A stretch of 64,000 nucleotides of DNA from Octopus sinensis. Lineage: Eukaryota. A program made the position numbers and the translations under genes. Of this stretch, positions 12,170 to 26,431 are shown in pieces; within the stretch, counting starts at the first letter, position 1, and every line of letters begins with the position of its first letter. The stretch lies in assembly GCF_006345805.1 (NCBI RefSeq), contig NC_043000.1, forward strand, positions 20,212,001 to 20,276,000. The letters run 5' to 3'. The notes under the pieces are model-generated. The model was not told where the DNA came from. It ran no database searches and saw only the letters and a list, made by a program, of their open reading frames with translations.

Positions 12170-12550
12170 TCTTTTCCTTTTTTTTTTTGTTAGATAAATA
12201 CCAATTAGGTTTATTTACATAAAAATTTAATCACAATTTAGTTACAAGGAAACAAAGAGAAAGAAAAGAGTGGGATTAAGCAGCAGAAGATGGAGGAGGA
12301 GAATGAATAGATCCCATAAGAAACGGTGTTTTCAACCTCGCCCTGCGGACATGATTGCGAAGGTGTTGCCGCGAAGAATGGCCAGCGACACTCTCTACAG
12401 CAGCCACTCAATCTCGCAGAGTTCATTTCTCAGATGACCCGCAGTTATACCGATTTTGGGGAGGAAATCGGTAGCATGAAGTCCAAGAACACCTGACGTC
12501 TCGACAGTGACTGGCACAAACTGATATCGGCCCGTCAGGCCCCTTGTACG
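12170..12550 (-). mobile_element. 3' end of CRE-clade-like non-LTR retrotransposon with poly(A) tail
   Basis: Minus-strand YQFVPVTVETSGVLGLHATDFLPKIG...EWLL*RVSLAILRGNTFAIMS resembles the CRE RLE C-terminus. Followed by 3' UTR, AATAAA and an A-run at ~12170-12188. Confidence 0.7.
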
Positions 12551-13084
12551 TAACTGAATTCTGTTTGGCCACTAGTTAATCTTACACAGCTTATGCCATC
12601 CTCCCGTTCTTAACACGCAATTAATATTGTAATTATCATACTAAACCACTAAATAAAACATCCGCTAGTCTGAACGAAGCGAATCTTCTGTCTTATATAA
12701 ACGTCCTTTTACTTAATATTGTCTTCATCGATAGTAACTCACCCAACGGTATGATGGAGTTTACAAAACTGAACAAATTAGTGTATTATGTTTGTGAGAT
12801 GTTTGATGTTTGGCTTTTTCGGAGTAGAAAAGAGATGTGTACCAGAAGATGTTAAATAAACGTATTTACAAAGCTTGTAACTCAATTCCTTTTTTCTTTT
12901 ACATTTTTTTTATCCTCTGATGAAAATCCTTATCCGAAACAGAATTTTCTTGTCTTCTCACAGCACAAAACACTTAGCGGCCATTTTGTAAACATTGATG
13001 AAATTATATCTGCCTACGCTGACCACAACTAGTTTTATTGGGCAGTTGTGTTTTACTTCACTGCTGGCTTGCTTTTTTTTGTCT

Positions 13085-13123
<39 letters not shown>

Positions 13124-14189
13124 TTTGATAAAATATATATTAAGCGTAGTTCTTTCTGTTGCAGACTTCTCAGCAAACTAACCAAAATGGAAAGAATATA
13201 TTAAAGTCTTCACATGGTTACATCAAAAAGAGGATTCCGAAACATACTTTAGCAGAAAACAAGATATGATTTAAGCAAAAAATTTGCAATATGAGTTACA
13301 AAACAAGTTTAATATTAGTATTGTTGTTGTTGTTGTCGTAAACACCATCATCATCATGACCACCACCACCGTTATTAAAAATAGCATAAAGTTACACTGC
13401 TAAGAAATTATACAAGTTATGCTCGGTACTTATAATAAATATGTACCGATGTAAGATGAAAAAAAGATGTAAGGAATATAAGCCTAATAAAGAGACCAGG
13501 TTTCTTTTGAATGCCGACCAATATTTCCATCGCTTAAGGTAAAGATAGCAAGATCTAAAAACCTATATGGTAAGTAGATGGAGAAACATTATTATAGGTG
13601 ATTGATGGAAGACGGAATGAAACTTCTCTCTATTTATATTTACATATTCTTTCTCCTCCAGAAACTTTCTTTGCAGGATCAATATCGGCTTTTATTCGTG
13701 CTCTCTCCTTTTACATTTTCTTTTTAATTATTTCACACCGGTAACGTTCTAGAAATGCAGCTATACAACTTAAGCAGATCACATTACGGTTTCGGAGTCA
13801 AAATTCAATGATGCGATGTTTGTGTACATCTGTTTTAGCTTCGTTTGAGGGTTATATTATATATATCTATTCATTTATTTAGTTACTTCTATGTATTTTT
13901 CTTTCCTTTTTTTCTCTTTTTCTTTTTTTTTAATCAATTGTATACGCTTCTGAAATATATCCAATTTGTGTCGAGAACCCAATATTGAGAAATAAAATTT
14001 TGTAATGTAATATATTTGACAATCATATAAATTTGCTATGTAATCTATCTCTCTATGTTATATCTGCTAAGATAAGATAGATAGGCAGATAGCTATTTTA
14101 TTAATCCAACAGCCAATACGCTTAACTCCCTATCAAACCAACCCAACATATTCGATAGCCACTTACCTTTCTAGCTATATTTATATATA

Positions 14190-14344
14190 TGGTGTGTGCG
14201 TATATATATATATATATGTATGTATGTATATGCATGAATGTATGTGCGTGCGCATATATATGTATATATATATGTGTGCGTGTGTGTGTATGCATGTGTG
14301 CATGCATGTATGTATGTATGCATGTATGTATGTATGTATGTATG

Positions 14345-14378
<34 letters not shown>

Positions 14379-14440
14379 TGTATGTATGTATGTATGTATG
14401 TATATATGTATGTATGTATGCATGTATGTATGTATGTATG

Positions 14441-14474
<34 letters not shown>

Positions 14475-14639
14475 TGTATGTATGTATGTATGTATGTATG
14501 TATGTATGTATGTATGTATGGGAATAAGGGTAAAAGATTACACACAAGGAACACACAGAAAAATCAAACACGTGATGATACGCTCTTCCCTCACCAGTAA
14601 TCGGCACTAAATCTTCACAATTTCGCACCATTACATTTA

Positions 14640-14724
<85 letters not shown>

Positions 14725-14735
14725 ATCTATCTATC
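14190..14735. repeat. (TATG)n array (14190-14520) and (TATC)n array (14640-14735)
   Basis: Direct reading. Confidence 0.95.
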
Positions 14736-15112
14736 TCACTATATATATATGTATATATACATACACACATATATATACATATATATATATACACACACAT
14801 ATATATGCATACATAAATACATATATACATACATACATACATACATATAAGTGTATATATTCCAGACACTATCAGTTTCATGCTGCAAAACACAATAAAA
14901 GGAAGGGTAGGTGTTTGTATGCATATCAGTGTATATCCATGTATGTGTGGAGACGTGTATGTACGTACGTATGCATGTATATTTGTATGTATACCTACGT
15001 ACGCATATACCAATATATCGACCTGACTTTCTGTAATTCTGTCGGTCAAATATATCAATAGCAACCTCTGTATCACTTAACCATTCGGTCTCTCTATCTG
15101 TCAATCTGTCTG

Positions 15113-15178
<66 letters not shown>

Positions 15179-15214
15179 GATCTACTTATCTATCTATCTA
15201 TCTATTTATCTATC

Positions 15215-15441
15215 TATTCTTTTGCTTGTTTCGGTCATTTAACTCCAACCATGCTGGAGCACCACCTTGAAGGGTTATAGTCGAACAAATTGACCGAAGG
15301 TCTTATTTGCTAAGTCTAGTACTTATCCTATTGGCCTCTTTTAACTAAGCGCTAATTTACGGCGGTGTAAACACACCAACACTGATTATCAAGCAATGAT
15401 GATAGAACAAGCACAAAGACACACACACACACACACACACA

Positions 15442-15475
<34 letters not shown>

Positions 15476-15665
15476 GTATATATATGTATATATATTTATT
15501 TATTTATTTACTTACACGACGGTCTTCTTTCAGTTTCGGTCTACAAAATCCACCCAGAAGGTCTTGGTTGGCCCGAGGCGATACTATAAGACACTTGCCA
15601 ATGTGTCACTTAGCGGCAGTGAATCCGAAACCATGTTGAGAAGCAAGCTTCTTGCCACACCTGCT
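15215..15665 (-). mobile_element. SINE family A, degenerate
   Basis: Matches both halves of family A on the minus strand. Confidence 0.8.
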
Positions 15666-15694
15666 CCTATATATATATATATATATATATATAT

Positions 15695-16070
15695 AGGCGT
15701 AGGTGCTTGCTTCCCAACTACATGGTTCTGTGTCTAGTCCCACTGCGTGGCACATTGGGCAACTAACTTCTCCTATAGCCTCGGGCCAACCAAAGCCTTC
15801 TGAGTGGATATAGTAGACGGAAACTGAAAGTAGCCCGGAAACTGAAAGAAGTATGTATGTGTGTATTTGTGTGTCTGAGTTTGTTCCCCCACCATCACTT
15901 GACAACCGATGTTGGTGTGTTTACGTCACTGTAACCTAGTGGTTCAGCAAAAGATCCTATAGAATAAGTACTAGGCTTACAAAGAATAAGCCCTGGGGTC
16001 GATTTGTTCGACTAAAATGCGGTGCTCCAGCATGACCGCAGTCAAATTACTGAGACGAGTAAAAGAATAT
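15695..16070 (+). mobile_element. SINE family A, degenerate, head-to-head with 15215-15665 across (TA)n
   Basis: GGCGTAGG head through GAGTAAAAGAAT tail. Confidence 0.8.
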
Positions 16071-16550
16071 ATATTATATACAATAGACTTCTGTGTGTGT
16101 GTGTATTCGCTTTTCACGCGACAATGGCTGCGCGTAAAAATAAATAATATTGCTTTATATATATGATTCACTTCTTTGAAAATGTTTTTCAATGTTAACT
16201 TCCGGTATTGACGCAGCAACTACCTAAACAATATTAATTCGTTGCAGGCGAAATTTTCCGTTTTCATTTGCGAGATGTCTCACTCTATTTCAATGTTTTC
16301 ATGTCAAGTTTTCATTCGCTATTTGCAAACAACTACGATAAATTACTGAACGAAATATTTACTAAGCAAGTGAGATATTTTATAAAGTGAAGATTTCACG
16401 AAAATTTACTTTCTGAACTTCGTTTTATTATTGAATATTTCAAATTCACATATTTAAATATTCGGTACAATATAGTTTTTAACGAGCTTTTATTTTTCGA
16501 TTTTTTCATTTCATGTTTATTTCGTTCATTCTTTGCAATGTTCTCTCTCC

Positions 16551-16598
<48 letters not shown>

Positions 16599-16603
16599 TA
16601 CTG

Positions 16604-17074
16604 TCTCTCTAATATAAAGAGACACACTGTCTATGTAATATAAACAAATACACTCCAGCTTTGATTTCGTTATTACACAAATATCGCATTAGAATTTTGC
16701 AATTCAACATGGGGTCTCCAAAAAAATATTGGCATTCTCTCGCTTGAACCCGCACGCTTCGTTAATTTCCGTAACAATTTTTTTTTATCTATTTACTTTT
16801 TTTTGTGCGCCATGTTCAGCTCTGTATATTTGTAGTCAGTCACACACGCACACGTGTGTTTTTGTATGTACGTTTGTATACATTTATGTATGTGTGTGTT
16901 TGTGTGTGTTTGTATGTGTGTGTGTGAGAGAGAGAGACAGAGAGAGTGCTATGTCTATGTGGCACACACTTTCTATCTCTCTCACACACACACGCACACA
17001 CGCACACTTACGTACAAAAAAATGTATGCATAATTATTTCTGTACGTGTGTATACATGACAACACATCACTTCA

Positions 17075-17119
<45 letters not shown>

Positions 17120-17817
17120 ATACACACATGCACATGTCCATTTCATATACATGTGCATGCATCTTTCACTTTAAAACAAAAGTAAATAAATAAAAATTTA
17201 CAGAATTCACGAAAAAAACCAGCTCTTCATTTTAGCATTTCTGGGATTCAACCGAAAGAATGCCAAAATATGCGACTGAAAAAGAACATTTAGCAGCAAA
17301 GGCACGACAGCAGACAATATCATAAAATATACTAGAATTGGGAATCAAATGTGAAAATATTATCAAGCGCAGGAGTGACTGTGTGGTAAGTAGCTTGCTT
17401 ACAAACCACATGGTTCCGGGTTCAGTCCCACTGCGTGGACCCTTGGGCAAGTGTCTTCTACTATAGCCTCGGGCCGACCAAAGCTTTGTGAGTGGATTTG
17501 GTAGACGGAAATTGAAAGAAGCCCGTCGTTTATAAGTTTATATATATGAGCGTGTGTATATATTGTGTATCTGTGTTTGTCCTCCCAACTTCGCTTGACA
17601 ATCGATGCTGGTGTGTTTACGTCCCCGTAACTTAGCGGTTCGGCAAAAGTGGCCGATAGAATAAGTCCTGGGCTTACAAAGAATAAGTCCTGGGGTCGAT
17701 TTGATTCGACTAAAAGGCGGTGCTCCAGCATGGCCACAGTCAAATAACTGAAACAAGTAAAAGAATAAAAGAAAAGCGGCTAGCAAAAAACCGCCCGGAG
17801 GGCGGTCTTTCTGATAG
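16604..17817 (+). mobile_element. Possible non-autonomous Helitron-like element (interrupted by SINE A)
   Basis: TCTCTCTAATATAAAG-type start. GC-rich hairpin ACCGCCC-GGA-GGGCGGT (17790-17806) lies 7 nt before ATAG|T, a one-mismatch CTAG|T. Neither end is fully canonical. Confidence 0.4.
17367..17775 (+). mobile_element. SINE family A, full length
   Basis: GCGCAGGAGTGACTGTGTGG head to (GAATAAAA)n tail. Confidence 0.9.
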
Positions 17818-17823
17818 TATATA

Positions 17824-17943
17824 CAGTTATCCCTCGATTATTGCGGGTGTTACGTTTCAAAAATTTTTTTATTGTTTTATAATCTGTATATATTTATTTT
17901 ATTCTAAATACAAAAAAAACACCACAGAGGAATCGACATAAGC
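17824..17943 (+). mobile_element. Tigger/pogo-type terminal inverted repeat, truncated by the gap
   Basis: TA|CAGTTATCCCTCGATTATTGCGGG resembles Tigger TIR starts. Partner end not seen. Confidence 0.5.
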
Positions 17944-18043
17944 NNNNNNNNNNNNNNNNNNNNNNNNNNNNNNNNNNNNNNNNNNNNNNNNNNNNNNNNN
18001 NNNNNNNNNNNNNNNNNNNNNNNNNNNNNNNNNNNNNNNNNNN
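17944..18043. other. Assembly gap (100 N)
   Basis: Run of 100 N; fixed-size scaffold join. Confidence 1.
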
Positions 18044-18099
18044 ATCAAATAATAATATAAATAATATATACATATGCAATATATTATATCTAACGATAT

Positions 18100-18133
<34 letters not shown>

Positions 18134-18184
18134 ACATATATACATAATATATATATATATATATATATACATACATATATATAA

Positions 18185-18241
<57 letters not shown>

Positions 18242-18376
18242 ATATATATCTATATATATATGTATGTAATATATGGTACAGGACCTCACAAATGAGTTGA
18301 ATACGCAATTTGTTTCTCTCGTTGTTTGCGTATTTCATGTTATTTACGGTTTGTGACGTCCTGTATATATATGCAT

Positions 18377-18410
<34 letters not shown>

Positions 18411-18464
18411 GTATTATGTATACATGTGTATATATATAATTTTGGGTTATATATATACATACTC

Positions 18465-18684
18465 TTTACTCTTTTACTCTTTTACTTGTTTCAGTCATTT
18501 GACTGCGGCCATGCGGCCATGCTGAAGCACCGCCTTTAATCGAGCAACTCGACCCCGGGACTTATTCTTTTGTAAGCCCAGTACTTATTCTATCGGTCTC
18601 TTTTGCCGAACCGCTAAGTTACGGGGACATAAACACACCAGCATGTGTTGTCAAGCAAACACAGACACACAAACACACCCACGC

Positions 18685-18730
<46 letters not shown>

Positions 18731-18900
18731 ACATATATACGACGGCTTCTTTCAGTTTCCGTCTACCAAATCCACTCACAAGGCTTTGCTTGGCTCGAGG
18801 CTATAGTAGAAGACACTTGCCCAAGCTGTCACGCAGTGGGACTAAACCCGGAACCATGTGGTTGGTAAACAAACTACTTACCACACAGCCACTCCTGCGC
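18465..18900 (-). mobile_element. SINE family A, full length
   Basis: (TACTCTTT)n tail through CACAGCCACTCCTGCGCC head. Confidence 0.9.
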
Positions 18901-19575
18901 CCATACATATATGTATTATACATATATCAAGAATTGTAGTTAATGTTTTATTCAAGCAACAAATTTCTTTCAACAATTTCTTTCTCTTAAGTGTGACACA
19001 CGCGTTAGTTACGTACAAAAACAAATTGTCGTATTAATATTATTGATATTACAATTAGCGTCACTTTTGACGGCACGGGGTCAGCTGGTTTATGATATTT
19101 ATCGATGCCTACCGATATTACTTTGACACCAAAACAATATGAAACACATCATGGGTAAAAAAAAATGTTAGTATCAAAAGTAAAAAGCATGGACATGCCG
19201 AATCTATGAAAAAGATGACGATGAGTGCGAGCGCATAATACAAAGGATCTAAAACTCAGTAACTGTAAAAGACCGAACATGGAGGATGTAGCTATTTATT
19301 TGGTTTTGTTGCAATGAAAGATCTCTTTTCAAATAAATATCATTTCAAAGAACATGTTGTCAGAATTAAGAGTAACTTTTCGGGTTAATATAAAAATTTA
19401 TTTGCATTTTATTACTCAAAGATTGTCGAGAGTTATTTTCCAAACATTGTAACAGAATGACATTACAACGTCAACAAAATTGGTTGCAGTATTCACGAGA
19501 AATTGCCCTGAGCCAGCATACAAAAAATATAGAAAGGGAAAGTTGCGTGAATTTCCACCACGCGACACTTATTAT

Positions 19576-19629
<54 letters not shown>

Positions 19630-20271
19630 TTCATATATGTTTGTGTATGTGTCTTAGTTTTTGTTTACTTATACACATCAACAAATGAGACAATTGAACA
19701 ACTCTGTGTGGTTGTTCAATTTGCTAGAAATAACAACCAAATGGAACTATGACAAATTATATAATTTTTTTCGTTTCATCAATGCAACAATTCAATAACG
19801 GCACAACAAAGATAAATAAATGCAATTTATAAACTGCCCCATCACGACCACAGACTAATAACTGAAACAAATAAAAACAAAAAAGATAGAAGAAAAAATA
19901 TCAACCGAAATTAAATGTATTGTTTTAATTGAGATGACTTTATAACATTTTATGCCTCTGGGACCTAGTATGTTCTACAATCATACATTAGGAATGTCAA
20001 CGCCGGTAAGGTCATACTTTTGAAAATCTCAAGAGAGTTGAAAACGGTCGAGAAAGGTTTGTTTACTATACTGGCGTTTAAATTCAATACTATTTGTTAG
20101 TATTAGGTACAAATGAACTAGTAACTATTTTTTCAATATCGTATTTTGAGAACGAACAATAACAAATACTCCATTCGACCTTTATTTTGCTATATATACA
20201 TATATATATATATATATCTATATATATATATATATATATATAATATCTATATATATATATATATATATACA

Positions 20272-20310
<39 letters not shown>

Positions 20311-20339
20311 AATACGTGCAAATGCATATACATTAGAAA

Positions 20340-20662
20340 TACATTAGTTAGAGCGTCGAGCTTTCGATCGTGAGGTTGTGAGTTCGAATCCCGGACCGGG
20401 CTGCGTGTTGTGTTCTTGAGCAAGACACTTTATTTCACGTTGCTCCAGTTCACTCAGCTGTAGAAATGAGTTGCGACGTTACTTGGTGCCAAGCTGTATC
20501 GACCTTTGCCTTTCCCTTGGATAACACTGGTGGCGTGGAGAGGGGAGACCGGTATGCATGGGCGACTGTTGGTCTTCCATAAACATCCTTGCCTGGACTT
20601 GTGCTTGGGAGGGTAACTTACTAGGTGCAATCCCATGGTCAGTCATGACCGAAGGGGTCTCA
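20340..20662 (+). mobile_element. SINE family M (tRNA head, TGTTGTGTTCTTGAGCAAGACACTT core)
   Basis: GGTTGTGAGTTCGAATCCC B-box. Core resembles the V/Meta-type central domain. A degenerate relative lies at 48930-49045. Confidence 0.7.
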
Positions 20663-20779
20663 GCATATACATATACATATATATACACGTATATACATAC
20701 ATACATACATACATACATACATACACATACATACATACATACATGCATGCATACATACACACATACATACATACATACA

Positions 20780-21245
20780 TAATCGTCTCAATTCCAGCAT
20801 TCGTCAGCCTCTTATGCAGCAGTTTTGGTGCCATGCCAAATGCACCAATTGCGACAGGAACAATTGTCACCTATGTATTCTCCAATCTTTTCTTTGTGGT
20901 TAGCTCGTCATACTTTTCCATTTGTTTTTTTTAATTTTGTTTTTTTGTGGTGTTGCAAAATCTATGATCATATACTGCTTTTGTTGTTGTGCATTATGAG
21001 TGGTTTCCTCGACCTTCTGTCTAATTCCTGTAGCTCGTTGTCCATTTTAGAAAAGAAGCAGAATATCTTAATACTGGCAAAGCCTATGTATACATTACTT
21101 TGATAGCATTCCATTTCGTTCTATTTTGAACACCTTTCTAATCCTTTTCTTGTACTCTTTCGAGACTTTAATCTTTCATTTTTCTTAACATTAGCTTATC
21201 GACCTACTACACCTCTAGGTTCTTGTGACCCTCATTATTTCTCAG
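20780..21245 (-). mobile_element. Degenerate, internally deleted R4/Dong-like LINE fragments
   Basis: Minus strand: EYKKRIRKV...ELQELDRRSRK (RT thumb region) and VTIVPVAIGAFGMAPKLLHKRL (RLE C-terminus). Confidence 0.6.
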
Positions 21246-21284
21246 TGATCTAATAATATAATCTTACGGTAGTTTTATAACATC

Positions 21285-22156
21285 AGACATGTATGTCTAT
21301 CTCTAATTCCGAAATTCGTTGTATTCGGAATTCACTTAGATACTCCTTTGCCTGTTTTGTTACTGAGTATGATGCTTTCTTGTTTTCATGTTTTGAGACA
21401 AGTTTTAACATCCAGTCCTCAGACTTTTTCAGGTAGGTGTCTAGGCCAATTGTAGCAATCTTCATTGTTATTGCCAGTTGTAAAAGACCACAGCCTCCCT
21501 CTTTTCTTGGCAGATAAAGTCGTTCTGTATCTGCCTTAGGGTGATGCATTCTATGCATTGTAAACAGTTTTCGTATTTTTCTGTCAAGCTGACATATATC
21601 AGTAATTGACCAGTTAACGATATTGAAACTGTAAGTCACAACTGGTATGGCTAATGCATTGATCGCTTCGATCTTGTTTCTTGCATTCAGCTCTGTCTTG
21701 AGTATTGCTCTCACTCTTCGATAACATTCTCTCCTGATCCTTTCCTTCATCTCTGAATGCCTTATTCCGTCCCCTTCAATTACCCCTAGGTACTTGTAGC
21801 TCTCCGCTGGGTCTAATTCTTTTATGACATTCTGCTGGTCAAGGTTAACGTTAGATGTTTCTGTCATTTTTCCTTTGATAATGGTAGCTTTTGCACATTT
21901 ATCGAGGCCAAATTGCATTCTGATGTCGTCACTGAATTGTTTGACAATCGCTAGTAAGCCCTTGAGTTGTTGATCATTTTTTGCAAAAAGCTTTAAATCA
22001 TCCATGTAAATGAGATGATTTATATTTTTATCAAACATTTTATATCCGTGAGTCACCCTGGAAAATGCCAAATGAAATTTTTACATCACCAGCATTTTAG
22101 AGATTCATTGTCACTGTTCAAAGTTAGTGTGGTTCTCCATGATCTCATACTTACAG

Positions 22157-22157
<1 letters not shown>
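21285..22157 (-). pseudogene. R4/Dong-like RT fragment (subfamily A1), 5' end abutting (AAT)n
   Basis: GIFQGDS, then a short deletion/frameshift, then HLIYMDDLKLFAK...MHRMHHPKAD. Near-identical to 60474-62030. Confidence 0.9.
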
Positions 22158-22209
<52 letters not shown>

Positions 22210-22327
22210 CATTATTATTATTATTATTATTATCATCATCATCATTATTATTAATATTATTATTATTATTATTATCATCATCATTATTATTAATATTATT
22301 ATTATTATTATCATCATCATCATCATA

Positions 22328-22377
<50 letters not shown>

Positions 22378-22918
22378 GAGTGAGAGAGCAGTGCGTGCCA
22401 TCAAGGTGACACTGAGGTAAAATATACGAAGCCCAGTATACCCATCATGATTACCCGTCTGATAAGGGTACGCTAGGCACATGCATCACTACCATGTGTC
22501 CGCGACATGGTGATCTCATATCAAGATAAACAGCTCATGACCTTGCAGGTGGAACCCAGTTAGAATTTTCATTCCGCTCAAAAGGTCCTTGAATGGGGGT
22601 TGTTTAAGGATGTTGAATGAAACACCCATGTTTTCAGAAGTGAATTATTTAAACCCCAAATAATCCCTATCAACACATGACTATGATGCTCCCCCACTAC
22701 TTCTGCTAGTGATCAAAGATGCACATATCGTCAGCCATTAAGGGACATGCTTAACTGGTTAAGGTCAAACAACTGACAACCAAATCTGTGGTATTGAGCA
22801 GAATATTTGCTGTGGCCCATCTCTTATACCAAGACAAAACAATGTACATGATAACACTTCCATTCAGTTAAATCAGAAGCCACGAGAGCCACTGCCTGGT
22901 ACTGCATCAGGGCATTAA
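22378..22918 (-). mobile_element. ~540-bp non-coding element embedded in (AAT)n at both ends
   Basis: No ORF. 3' end ...CCCAGTGTCACCTTGATGGC...CTCACTC(AAT)n recurs on the + strand at 54284-54350. Confidence 0.7.
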
Positions 22919-22924
22919 TTATTA

Positions 22925-22982
<58 letters not shown>

Positions 22983-24449
22983 GATTTACATATATATATA
23001 TTATATATATATATATATATACGTAGATGTGTACATTCATACATGCATATATTCCTGCATACACACATATGCATACATTCATACATGCGTACGTACGTAC
23101 ATACATACATACGTACATACATCTATCCATCCATACATACACATATGCATACATACATACTACATACATACATACATACATAATACATACATACATACAT
23201 ACACATACATACATACATACATACATACATACATACATGCATGCATGCATACATTCATACATACATACACACACACATACATACATACATACATACGTAC
23301 ATACATACATACATACATACATACACACATACATACATACATACATACATACATACACACACACATACATACATACATACATACATACATACATACATAC
23401 ATACATACATACATACATACATACATACATACATACATACATACATACATACATACATGCATGCATACATTCCATATACGATATATTCCCACAATATCCG
23501 TTAAGCTTATCCATTTACAAGACATTAAGCAACTAGTCAAGATTTCTGTATCAGGTACTGGCCCAAAACGCCGACCTGCTGCACAGTGAGATCGAAACTG
23601 AAAACGCGTGGATTCAAAGTGAATTTCTGAGCTATACGGCTCTGCATGTACCTGTATATAAAAACGTGAATGTGAATATATATATCTGTGCGCGTGTCTC
23701 TGCGTTTAAGTGTTTGTGTATTTTCTTATGTGATACAATTCAAATATCATACATCTACCCCATATCGTATATATATATCACGTGATACGCTAACCAACCA
23801 ATGACGTAATTGAGCCGCTGAGTCATTATGCTAATTAATTTAACCATATACAATGAATGTATCTGAGTATATATATATATATGTGTGTGTGCGTTTTTGA
23901 ATGTCTGTGTGTGTATGTGTGTGCGTACATGTGTGTGTGTGTGTGTATGCTTTTGCGCGCGCACGTGCGCACAGACACACACACATACACACACAAAGAA
24001 GCCTTATATATCATCTGTTACTGACCAGTCTTTAGGGGTCACGTTGACACACACATTATCGTCCCGTTTATTTTCCTCTTAGTAACCCTCTCTCTCTTCT
24101 CACTCACTCCCTCTGCGTCTGTACATATCTATGTTTGTGTGTGTGTGTGTGTGTGTGTATCGATGAATATATTGGTGAGTGTGAGTATAGGAGAAAGCGA
24201 AAGTGAAAGTAAAAGAAGCTTAAAGACAAAGAGAGAGAGAGGGAGAGGGAGAAAGAGGAAGTCCCGTTACGCCTTGGGATAAAGCCTCTTAGACAACAAT
24301 AACCGGTTGGTAACATTCCACAGAGGTTATATTAATATCCTGAGCGTGTCTGTGAGCAAACTAATTACTGTAATAACAATAACTATTTGTTAACATTAGT
24401 TTTCCATGATTCCATGGTTAAGATATCTAGTTTCCACGGGGTGTGTATG

Positions 24450-24480
<31 letters not shown>

Positions 24481-24512
24481 TATATAATATATATATATAC
24501 ATATATATATAC

Positions 24513-24567
<55 letters not shown>

Positions 24568-24706
24568 CATTATATATATTTATATGTATGTATATATATA
24601 TATATATATATATATACGCATATATATACACACACACATATATATGCATATATAGAATTATATCCATATTCATACATAATCGCCTGCCTATATAGACTGA
24701 AGATGC

Positions 24707-24801
<95 letters not shown>

Positions 24802-25156
24802 TATGCAAGTACATACGTACGTATGCATGTATGCATATTATGTATGTATATGTTTAACTGTCTGTATTTTGTCTACGTTTTCTCTCGCTGTCAAAAATGT
24901 CTGTCTTTTAACTACCAAGATATATATCAACCTAATTATAAATCTATCTGTCTGTACATTAATATTTTGTTGCTTTTTGCTTTCTTTTGTTGGTTTGTTT
25001 TGGTGGGGACAATCTATATATGAATCTGAAGAACGGTTTCTTCAGTGAATCACATTCTCTGTTTCTCTTGTCTGTCTCTCAACCTTTCTATTTAGCTCTT
25101 TTTCATTTGTATAGCTCTGTTTGTCTGTATTCGTCTCTAGCCATCAGTCTAACCAC

Positions 25157-25194
<38 letters not shown>

Positions 25195-25536
25195 GTGTGT
25201 GTGTGTGTGTGTCTGTCTGTCTGTCTGTGTGTGTATAGGTTTCGTAATGCAAGCAATGGAAAGAGAATTCAAAATATGAGTGTATGTATTCTTTATTAAT
25301 ATTTGGCACACGTTAAAGAGTGACTCATGGGCCGAGAGTTTCATACGTAGTCACTTAACAAAATATTTATATATGATCTAGCTTTCTATCAATTTTCTCT
25401 TTCCCGCTCTTCCTCCCCCCTCTCTCTCTCTCTCTGTCTCTCTCTTTCTCTCTTCCAGTATATACCAGTATATGTATATATGTATACACACACACATACA
25501 TATATATATATATACATACAGATATGTATGTATATG

Positions 25537-25601
<65 letters not shown>

Positions 25602-26024
25602 TCATATATATATATATACATATATACACATATACACATGTACACCTATACTTATATATACATATACATATATTACTAGCTATCTACCTATCAATCTAAC
25701 TCGCACGTTAGCTATCTACCCATGTTTTACGCACCTAATTATCGGTGTATCTTCCAACCTGTTAATACCTTAACTACTTATCTATCCACCTGTCTATATC
25801 CATCTACCTGTGTAACTATCTCTTTACCTATAAATATATATATATCCATCGTTCTATATCCTGTCTATCCTTATCTCTCTTTCTTTCCGTCTATCCATCT
25901 CAATCAAGCTTTTCATCTCTGTCTTTACGTCTGCCTCTTAAGATGTCATTTCTGTCATTTGTTTGCTAATCTTCAATTGACACATCTCCCCTTGCTCTTT
26001 CCTTCTTTCTCTTTCTTTCTTTCT

Positions 26025-26057
<33 letters not shown>

Positions 26058-26431
26058 TTCTCTCTCTATACATCATCTCCGTTTCTCTTATATCATTTAT
26101 ATTATCTCTTTATTCCCCTCTCTCTCTCTCTCTCAAACGTCTTCGGTTGTCATCATTTTTCGCCACTTGCTTTATACTTCTTCATAGTTGAGCTTAGCTA
26201 TACACAAAAAGGAAACAAATGCCCCCACACACCCAGCATACGCATACACAGAAACACTTCACCATATATAAACACATACCCACGGTCATCAAGCATCCGC
26301 ACATAACACACACACACACGCACACACACATACACACAGACACACACACACGCTTGTTGCCTTGGAGACCTTGTCATTCTCCAGTTCAGCAGAAGGATAT
26401 TCCAATACCTTCTAGGAAAGAATATATTTTG

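Noticed and set aside
12917-12955. CTGATGA...GAAAC...GTC hammerhead-like string
   Set aside because: Stem II and stem I cannot pair.
25023-25050. CTGAAGAA-CGGT-TTCTTCAG 8-bp hairpin containing CTGAAGA
   Set aside because: Simple inverted repeat with no GAAA or stem III.
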